From Alphaproteobacteria bacterium (GTDB lineage Bacteria; Pseudomonadota; Alphaproteobacteria; UBA7887): a stretch of DNA of 64,000 nt. Shown here piece after piece: positions 1 to 9,400 of this stretch. The notes beneath the pieces were generated by a model. The model was given only the letters and a program-made list of their open reading frames with translations, had not been told where the DNA came from and did no database searches. Numbering within the stretch: position 1 is the stretch's first letter; each line of letters starts with the position of its first letter. The stretch spans positions 4,320,001 to 4,384,000 of the forward strand of contig CBDCGL010000011.1 in the NCBI GenBank assembly GCA_965216755.1, written 5' to 3'. The translations under genes were made by a program, and so were the position numbers.

Positions 1-135
1 AAGATCTCCCGAAAGGCGCGTGCTGTCGCTCCAAATGTCCACAGGACGGCTATCCGCGGCCACCGGCAGCGGCAAGAAACTGCAAGACACTGCGATCGCG
101 ATACCGACGAGACCCAAATTCGAAATTGTCTTCAT
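1..135 (-). CDS. Partial CDS (N-terminus), secreted protein, possibly an alpha/beta hydrolase
   Basis: Manual translation MKTISNLGLVGIAIAVSCSFLPLPVAADSRPVDIWSDSTRLSGDL, open to the window edge; signal peptide, then a 'VDIWSDxTRLxGDL' start seen in some hydrolases. Confidence 0.5.
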   Translation of the reverse strand, partial: MKTISNLGLVGIAIAVSCSFLPLPVAADSRPVDIWSDSTRLSGDL

Positions 136-428
136 CAAAATCCCTTTCTCAGACGGGCCAGTCGAGCCCACCGACCAAACAATCATCGATTTTAATTGTC
201 CGCGATCCGCCGCGGAATCACCAAGTGGGAAAACCAAAAGGCGTCTTGTCGCGTTCGAAATTCTCGTCCATGGCGATGCTGGCGTCCACGAATGGCATTG
301 ACGGCAGGTCGGTCCTGGCTGACCATTCGACACGTACCATTGAATTTGGTTGATTGGGCAGGTCACGAATTGGCGCGTAGGTGGGGCGAGCCGTGTGGCC
401 GGGCAATCAAAATACAGGGAGTCGTATC

Positions 429-1151
429 ATGGCCAGAGTAGCACTCGTTACTGGCGGAACACGGGGCATCGGCAAAGCGATATCGGTCGCTCTGCGCGAC
501 GCGGGGTGCAGCGTCGCAGCCAATTATGGTGGCAACGACCAAGCCGCGCAGGCCTTCAACGAGGAAACTGGCATTGCCGCGTTCAAGTGGGATGTGGGCA
601 GCTTCGATGGGTGCGAAAAGGGCGTTGCCGCGGTCACGGAGGCATTGGGCCCCGTCGATATATTGGTCAACAATGCCGGCATCACGCGCGATACCACCAT
701 GCACAAGATGGCCCACGATGCATGGCAGACCGTGATCGACGTCGATCTTGGCTCGTGTTTCAACATGGCCCGCTGCGTCATTGAATCGATGCGCGCGCGC
801 AATTTTGGACGCATCGTCAACATAAGCTCGATCAACGGGCAGGCGGGGCAGTTCGGGCAGGCCAACTATGCCGCCGCCAAGTCTGGCATGTTTGGGTTTA
901 CCAAGTCTCTGGCACAAGAAGGGGCGTCCAAAGGCATCACCGTGAATGCCATTGCGCCAGGCTACATCGAGACGGATATGGTGGCCGCGGTCCCCGCCAG
1001 CGTGCTTGAAAAGATCGTCGGGCGCATTCCGGTCGGTCGTCTGGGACAGGCCGAGGAAATCGCGCGTGCGGTCTTGTTCCTGGCCGACGATGATGCGGGT
1101 TTCATCACTGGTTCAACGCTGTCGATCAATGGCGGCCAATACATGGATTGA
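429..1151 (+). CDS. phbB: Acetoacetyl-CoA reductase (SDR family)
   Basis: VALVTGGTRGIG, NNAGITRD, NISSINGQAGQFGQANYAAAK, C-terminal ITGSTLSINGGQYM; start moved to ATG 429. Confidence 0.9.
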   Translation: MARVALVTGGTRGIGKAISVALRDAGCSVAANYGGNDQAAQAFNEETGIAAFKWDVGSFDGCEKGVAAVTEALGPVDILVNNAGITRDTTMHKMAHDAWQTVIDVDLGSCFNMARCVIESMRARNFGRIVNISSINGQAGQFGQANYAAAKSGMFGFTKSLAQEGASKGITVNAIAPGYIETDMVAAVPASVLEKIVGRIPVGRLGQAEEIARAVLFLADDDAGFITGSTLSINGGQYMD

Positions 1152-1157
1152 TGGACG

Positions 1158-1550
1158 ATGTCGGCAGCCGATGACCAGGCCCGCTTGCGGCTCTTGGATG
1201 CCATTCAAGCGGCATTCAACCGCCATGATGTGGATGCCATTCTGGACCATTTCACGGAGGATGGCGTGTGGGTGATGGCCCGCGGGCCAGACGCGCCGAG
1301 CGGGCGCCGCTGTGCCGGAAAAGAGGAAATCGGTGCGGTCTTGCAGGCTCGTTTCGCGCGCATTCCCGACATGCGTTGGGAAGACATGCAGCATTGGGTC
1401 AGTGGCGACCGCGCCGCTTCGGAGTGGGTCGTGTGCGGGACCCCGGATGACGGTGGCCCAAAGCTGAATCTGCTCGGTTGCGATCTTTGGACGTTTCGCG
1501 GCGATAAGGTGGTCAAGAAGGACACCTATTGGAAGACGATCGAGATTTGA
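1158..1550 (+). CDS. NTF2-like/SnoaL-like protein
   Basis: AFNRHDVDAILDHFTED...GCDLWTFRGDKVVKKDTYWK pattern. Confidence 0.8.
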   Translation: MSAADDQARLRLLDAIQAAFNRHDVDAILDHFTEDGVWVMARGPDAPSGRRCAGKEEIGAVLQARFARIPDMRWEDMQHWVSGDRAASEWVVCGTPDDGGPKLNLLGCDLWTFRGDKVVKKDTYWKTIEI

Positions 1551-1619
1551 GTTGTTGTCCGAAGAACGCTCGGTGCCGTTAGGCGGTCCAGCTGAGCGGC
1601 TGTCATCGCGCGATCGGTC

Positions 1620-1838
1620 ATGTTGTCTCTAAACTGGACCTTGGGCTTGTTGGCCCTCGGCGCAGCCGTGTTTGTCTATGCCACGGTGCGCGCGCGTCGG
1701 CCGCGCGAAATTGGCACGGTCCGCTTGATCCCCTATGGGGCGATCCAATTTCTGGCTTTATTGGTCGTCATATTGATGCTTGCCCATCTCTACACCTTGG
1801 TCACCGGCGTCCCGCTGGAAGGGCGTTTTTCGCGATAG
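1620..1838 (+). CDS. Small two-TM membrane protein
   Basis: 72 aa with two hydrophobic segments, same strand as upstream genes. Confidence 0.6.
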   Translation: MLSLNWTLGLLALGAAVFVYATVRARRPREIGTVRLIPYGAIQFLALLVVILMLAHLYTLVTGVPLEGRFSR

Positions 1839-1854
1839 CCACTTGTCGTCCAAT

Positions 1855-2283
1855 TCAGTCGTCGGTGCTTGGACGCCCCCGCCGGCGCTTGGTCAGGGCG
1901 TGGAGGCGTTTGCTGTATAGACGCCGTTCGCGGGCCGCCCTGGGGGGCGCCGTGGGGCGTCGCGGGCGTGGTGGTTGCGCCGCCCGGCGGACTAGATCGC
2001 TGAGCCGCTCGAGCGCGTCGTCGCGGTTTCGCGCCAGACTGCGGTGACGCCGGGCGTCGATCACGATCACGCCGTGTTTGGTTGCGAGTTGTCCCGCCAA
2101 CGCCAGCAGGCGCCGGCGCACCGGTGCCGACAAGGAGGGCGAGTGTGCCGCGTCAAAGCGCAGTTGCGCGGCCGTGGCCAGCTTGTTCACGTTTTGACCG
2201 CCGGGACCGCCGCTCAGCACCGCCTTGAAAACCAGTTCACGTCTGTCGAGCGCAATATCTTTGGTAATGGGAAGGGTCGTCAT
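1855..2283 (-). CDS. arfB: Alternative ribosome rescue peptidyl-tRNA hydrolase
   Basis: SGGPGGQNVNK (GGQ motif) and basic C-terminal tail. Confidence 0.9.
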   Translation of the reverse strand: MTTLPITKDIALDRRELVFKAVLSGGPGGQNVNKLATAAQLRFDAAHSPSLSAPVRRRLLALAGQLATKHGVIVIDARRHRSLARNRDDALERLSDLVRRAAQPPRPRRPTAPPRAARERRLYSKRLHALTKRRRGRPSTDD

Positions 2284-2403
2284 TTGCCGCATCCGCGTAA
2301 CGTGCATGCTGCATCGCAGGTTACGCGACGTGACGCAAGCGACGAAAGTCGCGATCCATGGTTCCCGCAGCGCCGGATAAGCTGACCCGGTCGGCGGAGC
2401 CGA

Positions 2404-2778
2404 TCAGAATGAACTGGATCGCGTGGTCGCTTTGGCGGGGATTAGTCCGCCGATTGCCGGTACGCCTGCGGTCGCCACCGATGAATTGATGCCGCCGCCG
2501 GCTGCGCTTACAGCTGAGGTAGTGCCGCTGAGTGCACTGCGGGTCAGTTCCGCGGGATCGACGCCCATCAGCGTGTTTGGATCGACCAGAAGCCCATCCA
2601 GGTCCTCTGGGCCGAGGGCGCGAAATGCGTCGGGATCGGTTCCCAGATCCAATGGCGCACCAAGCTCGCCGATCGCCTCGGGCGTCGTCGCATCTTCAGC
2701 AAATGCCACGACACCTGTCCCGCACAAGATAGCGGCGGCACCGAGAAACGCGCGTAACAGTGAGCCGTGACCACGCAT
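2404..2778 (-). CDS. Secreted hypothetical protein
   Basis: Signal peptide ending AFA, then acidic and Ser/Ala/Gly-rich segments. Confidence 0.55.
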   Translation of the reverse strand: MRGHGSLLRAFLGAAAILCGTGVVAFAEDATTPEAIGELGAPLDLGTDPDAFRALGPEDLDGLLVDPNTLMGVDPAELTRSALSGTTSAVSAAGGGINSSVATAGVPAIGGLIPAKATTRSSSF

Positions 2779-2976
2779 TTTTGCAATCCTTTCAAGGCGC
2801 TAGAAGGAAATCGGCAATTTCTCTATATATTACCACGAAATAGCCGAGAAATCCACGCGCCGATCGGGCCATGGTGCAAATTGCACCAAGTCCCGGGTCA
2901 AGTTTCGAACAAAACATGAACTCGAGTCACGTCGATATGATGCCCCGCTGATGCGGGGCCAGGCGCCCACCCCGTT

Positions 2977-3399
2977 CTAGTCGTATAGTTTGTGTCGAAA
3001 CCGTCGGTCCCAGCACTGGATGACGTTGCGTCCGTAGGTGGCTGTCGCCATGACCGCGCAGGCCGTGACCGTGCGTCCATCCGCGCCGACAAGCCATAGA
3101 TAATCGCCGCCTGTCACGATCGGCTTGTACCATCCCCTTTTGCCATGGCGATGATGGTGCCGACCACTGATCTCATTTGATGATGGTTTGGTGCCACGCT
3201 GGATGGCGACCCCCGACGTCCAACCGGCGATGCCCGGTCGCACGGTTTCTGTATCGGAACCGCGCACAATGGTCACCGTCTCGGCGCTGAGCGCGGCCGA
3301 CGGCGTCGCCGCCACCAGTGTTACGAGCGTCGCCGCGGCGAGCGCGCTTTTCCAAGGGTTGATGCGGCGCATTTGCGATAATGGCAAGGTCGTCGACAT
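2977..3399 (-). CDS. Secreted hypothetical protein
   Basis: Signal-like N-terminus, His-rich patch HHHRHG, two C-terminal Cys. Confidence 0.55.
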   Translation of the reverse strand: MSTTLPLSQMRRINPWKSALAAATLVTLVAATPSAALSAETVTIVRGSDTETVRPGIAGWTSGVAIQRGTKPSSNEISGRHHHRHGKRGWYKPIVTGGDYLWLVGADGRTVTACAVMATATYGRNVIQCWDRRFRHKLYD

Positions 3400-3805
3400 T
3401 TATGTTTCTTTCTCGGTTTCTTTGCCCGTGCCATGCCGTCTACTGGACAGGACATGGGTTTGTTTTGAATCACCACGCGAATATATCCAATTTTACGAAA
3501 TTTTGAAATAGATCGGCTTTCGCAGAACCGTAGTTTGTGGTTCACGACTGGTGCAGGTGTAGAGCCCTTTCGGATGCCACGCAGCCGTTGCCGTCGAGCA
3601 ATCGCGTTTATCCGTGTTTCAAGGCCCGCTGTCGTGAATACTGCGACATCACCGGGCCAACAAGTATCTGCCCAAACATTAATTGTTCATCGAAAGAGCT
3701 GAACATCATTATTTGAGTACGAAAACAACAGTGCGCTATTGTATTGCGAGTCCGAATATTCAATAATCAAATTGACGTTGGGAAAAACAAACAGACATCG
3801 GGGTC

Positions 3806-4924
3806 ATGGTCCAACTTAAGGAAGAGTCGCTGCCGAGAACGATGCACATGTCCCAAGATGACATCGGTCATAGAAAACGACTTCTGAGCTTGACCGGTGC
3901 GGACGAGGACATGATTGCGGCGTGTCAGCCATCAATTCTCAGCGCGATGGAAGCTATCGTAGATCAGTTCTACGTGAGTCAAATTAGTCACCCAGAGATC
4001 GCGCTACTATTTGGCGACGCGGACCATTCGGACGCCGCGTTGCAGGCTGTGCGCACGTATCTGCGTGATCTGTTTTCCGGCAGCTATGGGCCGGAATATG
4101 TCGAAAAGCGCTTATCTTTGGGCGCTGTTCAGAAGACATACAACATAACGCCCGCTATGTGTTTTGGTGCAATGCAGGCATTGCAATCATTGCTGCACGA
4201 TACTTTGCGCGGCGCGGCGGACCAAAACGCCAAGTCGACACAAGTCGACGATACAGCGCGTGCCGTGTCGCGCCTTATGATGTTCGATCTAAGCATCATC
4301 ACTGACGCGTATATCGTGAATGTCTTGTCTGACCTTGACAGAGAACGCCAAGACGTTGAGCACTACGCAGAGAGCCTGGAGGAAACAATCGCCGAACAAG
4401 CGCTGCAACTGGCGGAATTGGCGCGCAAGGACATTCTGACCAATCTCTACAATCAGCGCGCATTTTATGAGCACTTGCGCCGAGAGGCGAGCAATGCGGA
4501 GCGCCATGGGCAGCCGTTGTGTCTCCTTAACTTGGATGTGAATCGTTTTAAGGCCTTCAACGATCGTGAAGGGCATATCGCGGGCGACACGTTGCTTGCC
4601 TCAATTGGACGCGCGCTTCAGGACGGCGTGCGCGAGGGTGACATTGCCTGCCGCTATGGCGGCGACCAGTTCTGCATCATCTTGCCAAAGGCGGCAATCA
4701 GTGATGCCCAGGTGTTGTGTGATCGTTTGGTCCAGGCGCTTGAGCGCGGCGACACGCGCAACGTCGCATTCAGTATCGGAATCGCCCAAATGGGCCCCGA
4801 TCAGTTTTTCGACGTCGACCACTTTGTGAAGCAGGTCGATGGACTGGTTCACGCCGCCAAAATCGAATCGGGAAAGCGACCGGGCACCCACGTCAAGTCG
4901 CAGCGCGCGTTTGGCCCGCACTAG
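3806..4924 (+). CDS. Globin-coupled GGDEF-domain protein (degenerate)
   Basis: Sensor-globin-like N-terminus (IVDQFY...YLRDLFSGSYGPEYVEKRL), coiled coil, DILTNLYNQR, FKAFNDREGHIAGD, REGD I-site, RYGGDQF. Confidence 0.85.
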   Translation: MVQLKEESLPRTMHMSQDDIGHRKRLLSLTGADEDMIAACQPSILSAMEAIVDQFYVSQISHPEIALLFGDADHSDAALQAVRTYLRDLFSGSYGPEYVEKRLSLGAVQKTYNITPAMCFGAMQALQSLLHDTLRGAADQNAKSTQVDDTARAVSRLMMFDLSIITDAYIVNVLSDLDRERQDVEHYAESLEETIAEQALQLAELARKDILTNLYNQRAFYEHLRREASNAERHGQPLCLLNLDVNRFKAFNDREGHIAGDTLLASIGRALQDGVREGDIACRYGGDQFCIILPKAAISDAQVLCDRLVQALERGDTRNVAFSIGIAQMGPDQFFDVDHFVKQVDGLVHAAKIESGKRPGTHVKSQRAFGPH

Positions 4925-5028
4925 ATCAACCCCCGTTCAAATGCGCATTTGGACTGGGATCAGTTGATCGGGAAGACGAAGATCAACCCCCGTTCAAATG
5001 TGCATTTGGACGGGGTCAGTTGGCCTAG
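4921..5028. repeat. 108-bp CTAG-bounded miniature element with two palindromic direct repeats
   Basis: AGATCAACCCCCGTTCAAATG(C/T)GCATTTGGAC..GG..CAGTTG at 4923 and 4980; ends CTAGATCAAC / GTTGGCCTAG. Confidence 0.75.
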
Positions 5029-5111
5029 CACGCCGAACGCCCGACCAATGGCCGGGCGCGCCCGTTCTCGCAATAATTCGGTCGTGATATCGGCGCGATC
5101 ACCAAGGCGGA

Positions 5112-5993
5112 TCAGTAATCGTGTGAGGCGTCCTCGGTCATGCGAATGATCCGCTGGACCTGTTCCTCAACATCACCCGAAGATTTCTCCTTATCCGACT
5201 CGGCCTCGTCGCTGGTCGCATCGGCTGATTCGCCGCTATCGTCGCTGGTGTCGCCGTTCGATGCCGCACTGTCGGCGTAGGGCCAGCCAGACTTCTGTTG
5301 TTCGGTGGTCTCGGGCCCGTTGGTGTCGGCGCTGTCTTCGTCGTCAGCGTCTTCGTCCGACGCGGTGTCGCCGCCGGCTGCTGCAACGTCCGTGTCCGCG
5401 GTATCTTCGCTCACCGAGGTCTCGTCGGCCGGCTGCTCGGTGGCCTCGTACGGGCTGGTCGCACCCTCGGCCTCTGTCTCCCACGGTGTTTCGGGCAACG
5501 GCGGTGGCGGGGGTGGGGGGGTGTCGTCCGCTGGCACCAGACTCTCAGTCTCGTCCACTGGCGCCAAGCTTTCTGTCTCGTCCACGAGCGCTAAACTTTC
5601 TGTCTGGTCCGCGGGCGCTAGACTCTCTGTCTCGTCAGGTGGCGGCAACGCGCCGCCTGGCTCCTCGGGCGCCGGCAAGTCTTGCTGTCCAACCAATCCG
5701 CTGGCCCGGTGCTCAAGCATTTGCATAGTTTCGCTAAGAGTATCCCGCGTACCAGATTCAATAGCTAATAATAAAGAATGAAGCATACTCTTCAATTCTT
5801 CATTTTCATGTGCAATACGATTGACTTGATCTTGATGTTCGCCTTCTCGAGACTGCTGAACTCTTAACCCCTCATCAATCGTATCCATAAGACCGATGAG
5901 CCGCTCGCTATATCTTCTTTGCTGCTCATCAAACAAACCAAAATTCTGTTCGGCGGCTTCCACGCGTTGCCGCAATTCTTCGATACTGCTCAT
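5112..5993 (-). CDS. Hypothetical protein: N-terminal coiled coil plus acidic, Pro-rich disordered tail
   Basis: 293-aa ORF with heptad-like N-terminus and D/E/S/T/P-rich tail. Confidence 0.7.
   Translation of the reverse strand: MSSIEELRQRVEAAEQNFGLFDEQQRRYSERLIGLMDTIDEGLRVQQSREGEHQDQVNRIAHENEELKSMLHSLLLAIESGTRDTLSETMQMLEHRASGLVGQQDLPAPEEPGGALPPPDETESLAPADQTESLALVDETESLAPVDETESLVPADDTPPPPPPPLPETPWETEAEGATSPYEATEQPADETSVSEDTADTDVAAAGGDTASDEDADDEDSADTNGPETTEQQKSGWPYADSAASNGDTSDDSGESADATSDEAESDKEKSSGDVEEQVQRIIRMTEDASHDY
5526..5633 (-). repeat. 4 x 27-bp in-frame tandem repeat (ETESLAPVD-like)
   Basis: ETESLAPAD-QTESLALVD-ETESLAPVD-ETESLVPAD. Confidence 0.85.
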
Positions 5994-6400
5994 GACCCGA
6001 CCCTGTCTAAGACCATCCGTCCTTTAATTAACAACCCACTTGTCCTTTGGGTATCCTCAATTTGGGCGACGAATTGACATGAGCGATCGTTCGCCTTTCC
6101 AGGGGGTTAACGCGTCGCGCAACAGGTCGCGCGGCAAGTCGATGAATGAAGTTGAGACCTACAGCTAACAAATAACTCGAATCGGTGACCCGACAAGTGA
6201 GCAAAAGCTCGGAGAAAAAAGGGCAATAAAAAGGCTGGGCATCGGTTGTTTGATGCCCTTCGACGACGCCAATATTCTTAGAGAACTGGTCGATATTTGC
6301 GCACGAATTGGGGTGCCATGAACCGCCTTTTTCGCCGTTTTGGAGCGAGCCGGCCATGGCCCGACCAGCGCATCACGTTAGATGCTGCCGGGAATGGTCA

Positions 6401-6438
6401 ACCCGGTCCGCAAACGTTTGACGGGGTGCGGACCGGGT
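6401..6438 (-). terminator. Hairpin downstream of the adhesin gene
   Basis: 12-bp inverted repeat ACCCGGTCCGCA / TGCGGACCGGGT; weak U-tract. Confidence 0.45.
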
Positions 6439-6462
6439 CATAATCGACTGAACGGCTTACCC

Positions 6463-9400
6463 TTAGTAAGTGGGGAAATCGCGGCTCAGATCTTCTTCGA
6501 CGGCAATCAGAGCGTCGCCATTTTCATAAACCCGATACACCGAGCCTTCGCCAAACGGATTGCTCATCGTACCGACGTGGGACCACTCCCCAGGGTTGTC
6601 TTCCCACAAAGAGATCGAGTCATTCTCATTGCCGGCAACAAAGATATCGATATCCCGAAGCACGCCGTCGTCGTCTGCCATCGGTGCCAGATTGTTACTG
6701 GCACCCAGAGTGTTGACGGACGCAGCGTCGAAGGATACGCGATCATGGCTGTCGCCGTCGGTCATATCGATCAGTTCGATGCTGTGCAGCTTGGCGACTT
6801 GGTTGTCCTCAGCCTCGGGGCCCATATAGAGCTTACCGATACCATTGGCGCCAAAATCATTGCCGACATGCAACCGGTCAAAGCCGCTGCCACCGTCAGC
6901 CACCGCAAAGTCCCGAATTTCCTTGAAGTCGGCCGAAGGCGTCAAGTCTTGGAGGACCAGGATATCATCGCCTTGGCCGCCATAGAGCTTGTCGCCGGCG
7001 TCATTATCAAGGCCGCTGTAAAGGGTGTCGTTGCCCTTACCGCCATACAAAAGGTCGTTGCCCGCGCCACCATTAATGATGTCATCACCATCACCGCCAT
7101 GGGCCGTGTCGTCACCTTCGCCAGCTTGGATGTTGTCGTCATCGTCGCCGCCAAAGATGATGTCGCCTTGGTCACCGCCCAGCAATTCGTCAGCCAATGC
7201 ACTGCCCCAGATTGTATTGGGCGTGCCATTGTCGGCGGCAACCGAGATGCCGCTGCCAGCGTCCTCAATGACGCTCTTTATTTCGATGGATGCCGCGACC
7301 GGTCCGGCGACACCATCCGACACGGTATAGGAGAGGTTGCCGCTGTCGGCGACGCCATTGTTGTCTGGCAAATAGCGCAGTGAGGCGAACTCAGCGGCGT
7401 CCAGAGCCTCTCCACCGACCAAGGCCACAAAAACGCCATCCGATGCGCCGGTTGGATGGTAAAAGACATCGCCTGCACCCGGTACGTCGCCGATCGAGTA
7501 GGTCAAGGTGTCGCCTTCCAGGTCGGCGGCCGGATTGACCATGAGGGCGTAACCCGCGGCGGCGAGTACGCCAGGCAGCGCGGCCGGGTCGGCCGGATCG
7601 GTTGGGCGAATGGCCGTATTGTCTGGTACCCAAACCGTGCGTGATTCCGGCACCGGCGGCGTGTTCAAGCTGCTCGTGCCCAAGTCCGTGATGTTCAGTG
7701 TGAGCTCGGCGCTTGCCGTGCTGCCGTCGCCGTCGACGATTGTGTAGGCAAACGCTTCAGACTGGTTGCCATCGACCGGCGGCGCTGCGTAAGTGTAGCC
7801 GCCCGTTTCAAAGTTGAAACTCAAGACGCCGTCCAACGGAGTCACGATGGTGACTGTATCGCCGCTGGTCGTCGTTCCGTCCGGATTGGTAATCGTTCCG
7901 GTGACCGGATCGTATTGGAAAGTGAGCGTTTCACCGCTCGACGGGTCGGTGAAACTGAGCGAGGCCACATGGGCGTCGCCACCGGCGGGTCCATCGGCGC
8001 CAAATACGTCATTGGCGAGGACGTTGCCGTCAACCACCGAGCCTTCATTGGTCGGAATTGTTGCCAAAAGCCCTTCGGTGAGGGCGCCGTCTTCGACCAC
8101 GACGATGTCATCGGGATAGGCGACATCGTTGAGTGGCGAATCGCCAGGCACGACTTCCGGCCCGATCCGGACCGCAATTGAGCGTACGCCGTTGGTCACC
8201 ACGAAGGTCTTCCAATCCGCCGGCGTCGTGTTATTCGACGGAAACGGTTCGCCGTCAGAGACGAAATAGACAATGTTCGAAACTTCATCGCTTGACGGTG
8301 TTGCCGAAACGATGCCTTCGACAACGCCGCGGGTAACGACCAAGGCATCATCATATTCCGTGCTTAAGCCGAGGCCGTTCATACCCAGCGCCAGGCTGTC
8401 GATGAAATCGCCCGCGTCGGCGATGTTCATGGTGACGGTGTTGAAGGCGCCAGCCGTATCACCCATGAAATCAAGGTCACCACCAGATGCGAAGACCACG
8501 AACGTCACGGTCACTTCGGCCGTAATATCGCCATAACCGTCGATCAAATCGGCCAAGGCTTCCTTCATCGCCGACAGGCGGCTTTTGCCGGTGCCGGGAA
8601 TGATATCGCCCATGCTGCCGGACACATCGACAACCATGGTCAAGTTGACGAGTTTCGCGATGCCTTCATTGGCGGCATTGCTGTCGTCTTCCGCGATTGG
8701 CTGATCGTCGGTGATGTTGATCCGCAGCGTGCTGCTGGCCGTGCTGCCGTCGTCGTCGGTCACCACATAGGTGAACTGGTCTGCGACCGGACCGCCGCTG
8801 TGATCGCCATTGTCGGTCAGGTCATAGCGATATTGGCCGTCGCCGTTGATCGTCAGCGTGCCGTGCGTGCCAATGATGATGGTGTTACCGGTGTCGCTAA
8901 CAGGCACGCCGTTAACTTCGGTGACTTTGGCTGGATCGGTGCTGGTGAAATTTAGCGTGCCGCTGGTGCTTTCCGTGATCGCGGCCGGGTCGCTGCCGAT
9001 GTCGTCTCCGAGCACCACGTCATCGCTATCAAGCGCCGATTCCTCAACAATGCCGTGGGTGATTTCGGCGACCGGTTGATTGGTGTCGTGGAAATGAATC
9101 CAGATCACCGACTTGGCCGTATCACCGTCCGCGTCAACGATGTGGTAGAAAAAATCTTCCATCCCGTGCGGCGGAACCGATTCGACGGTCAGCGTGTAGG
9201 TATAGCTTCCATCGGGTTTGATGGTGACAAATCCGTACTTGCCGTCGACCCGAAGGCCGTCTTCGGGCACCGGCCGTCCAGACAACATCGTTACCACAAT
9301 GTGGTTGTCACCACCGGGATCGTCATTGTCAAAGACGTTGCCCGAGACGCTGTTGCCAAGACCTTCGTCCAGACCAATCACTTCCGCTTTGGCGCGCGGC

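Noticed and set aside
4923-5022. Palindromic direct repeats as a CRISPR array
   Set aside because: Only two imperfect copies, a 13-bp spacer and no cas genes
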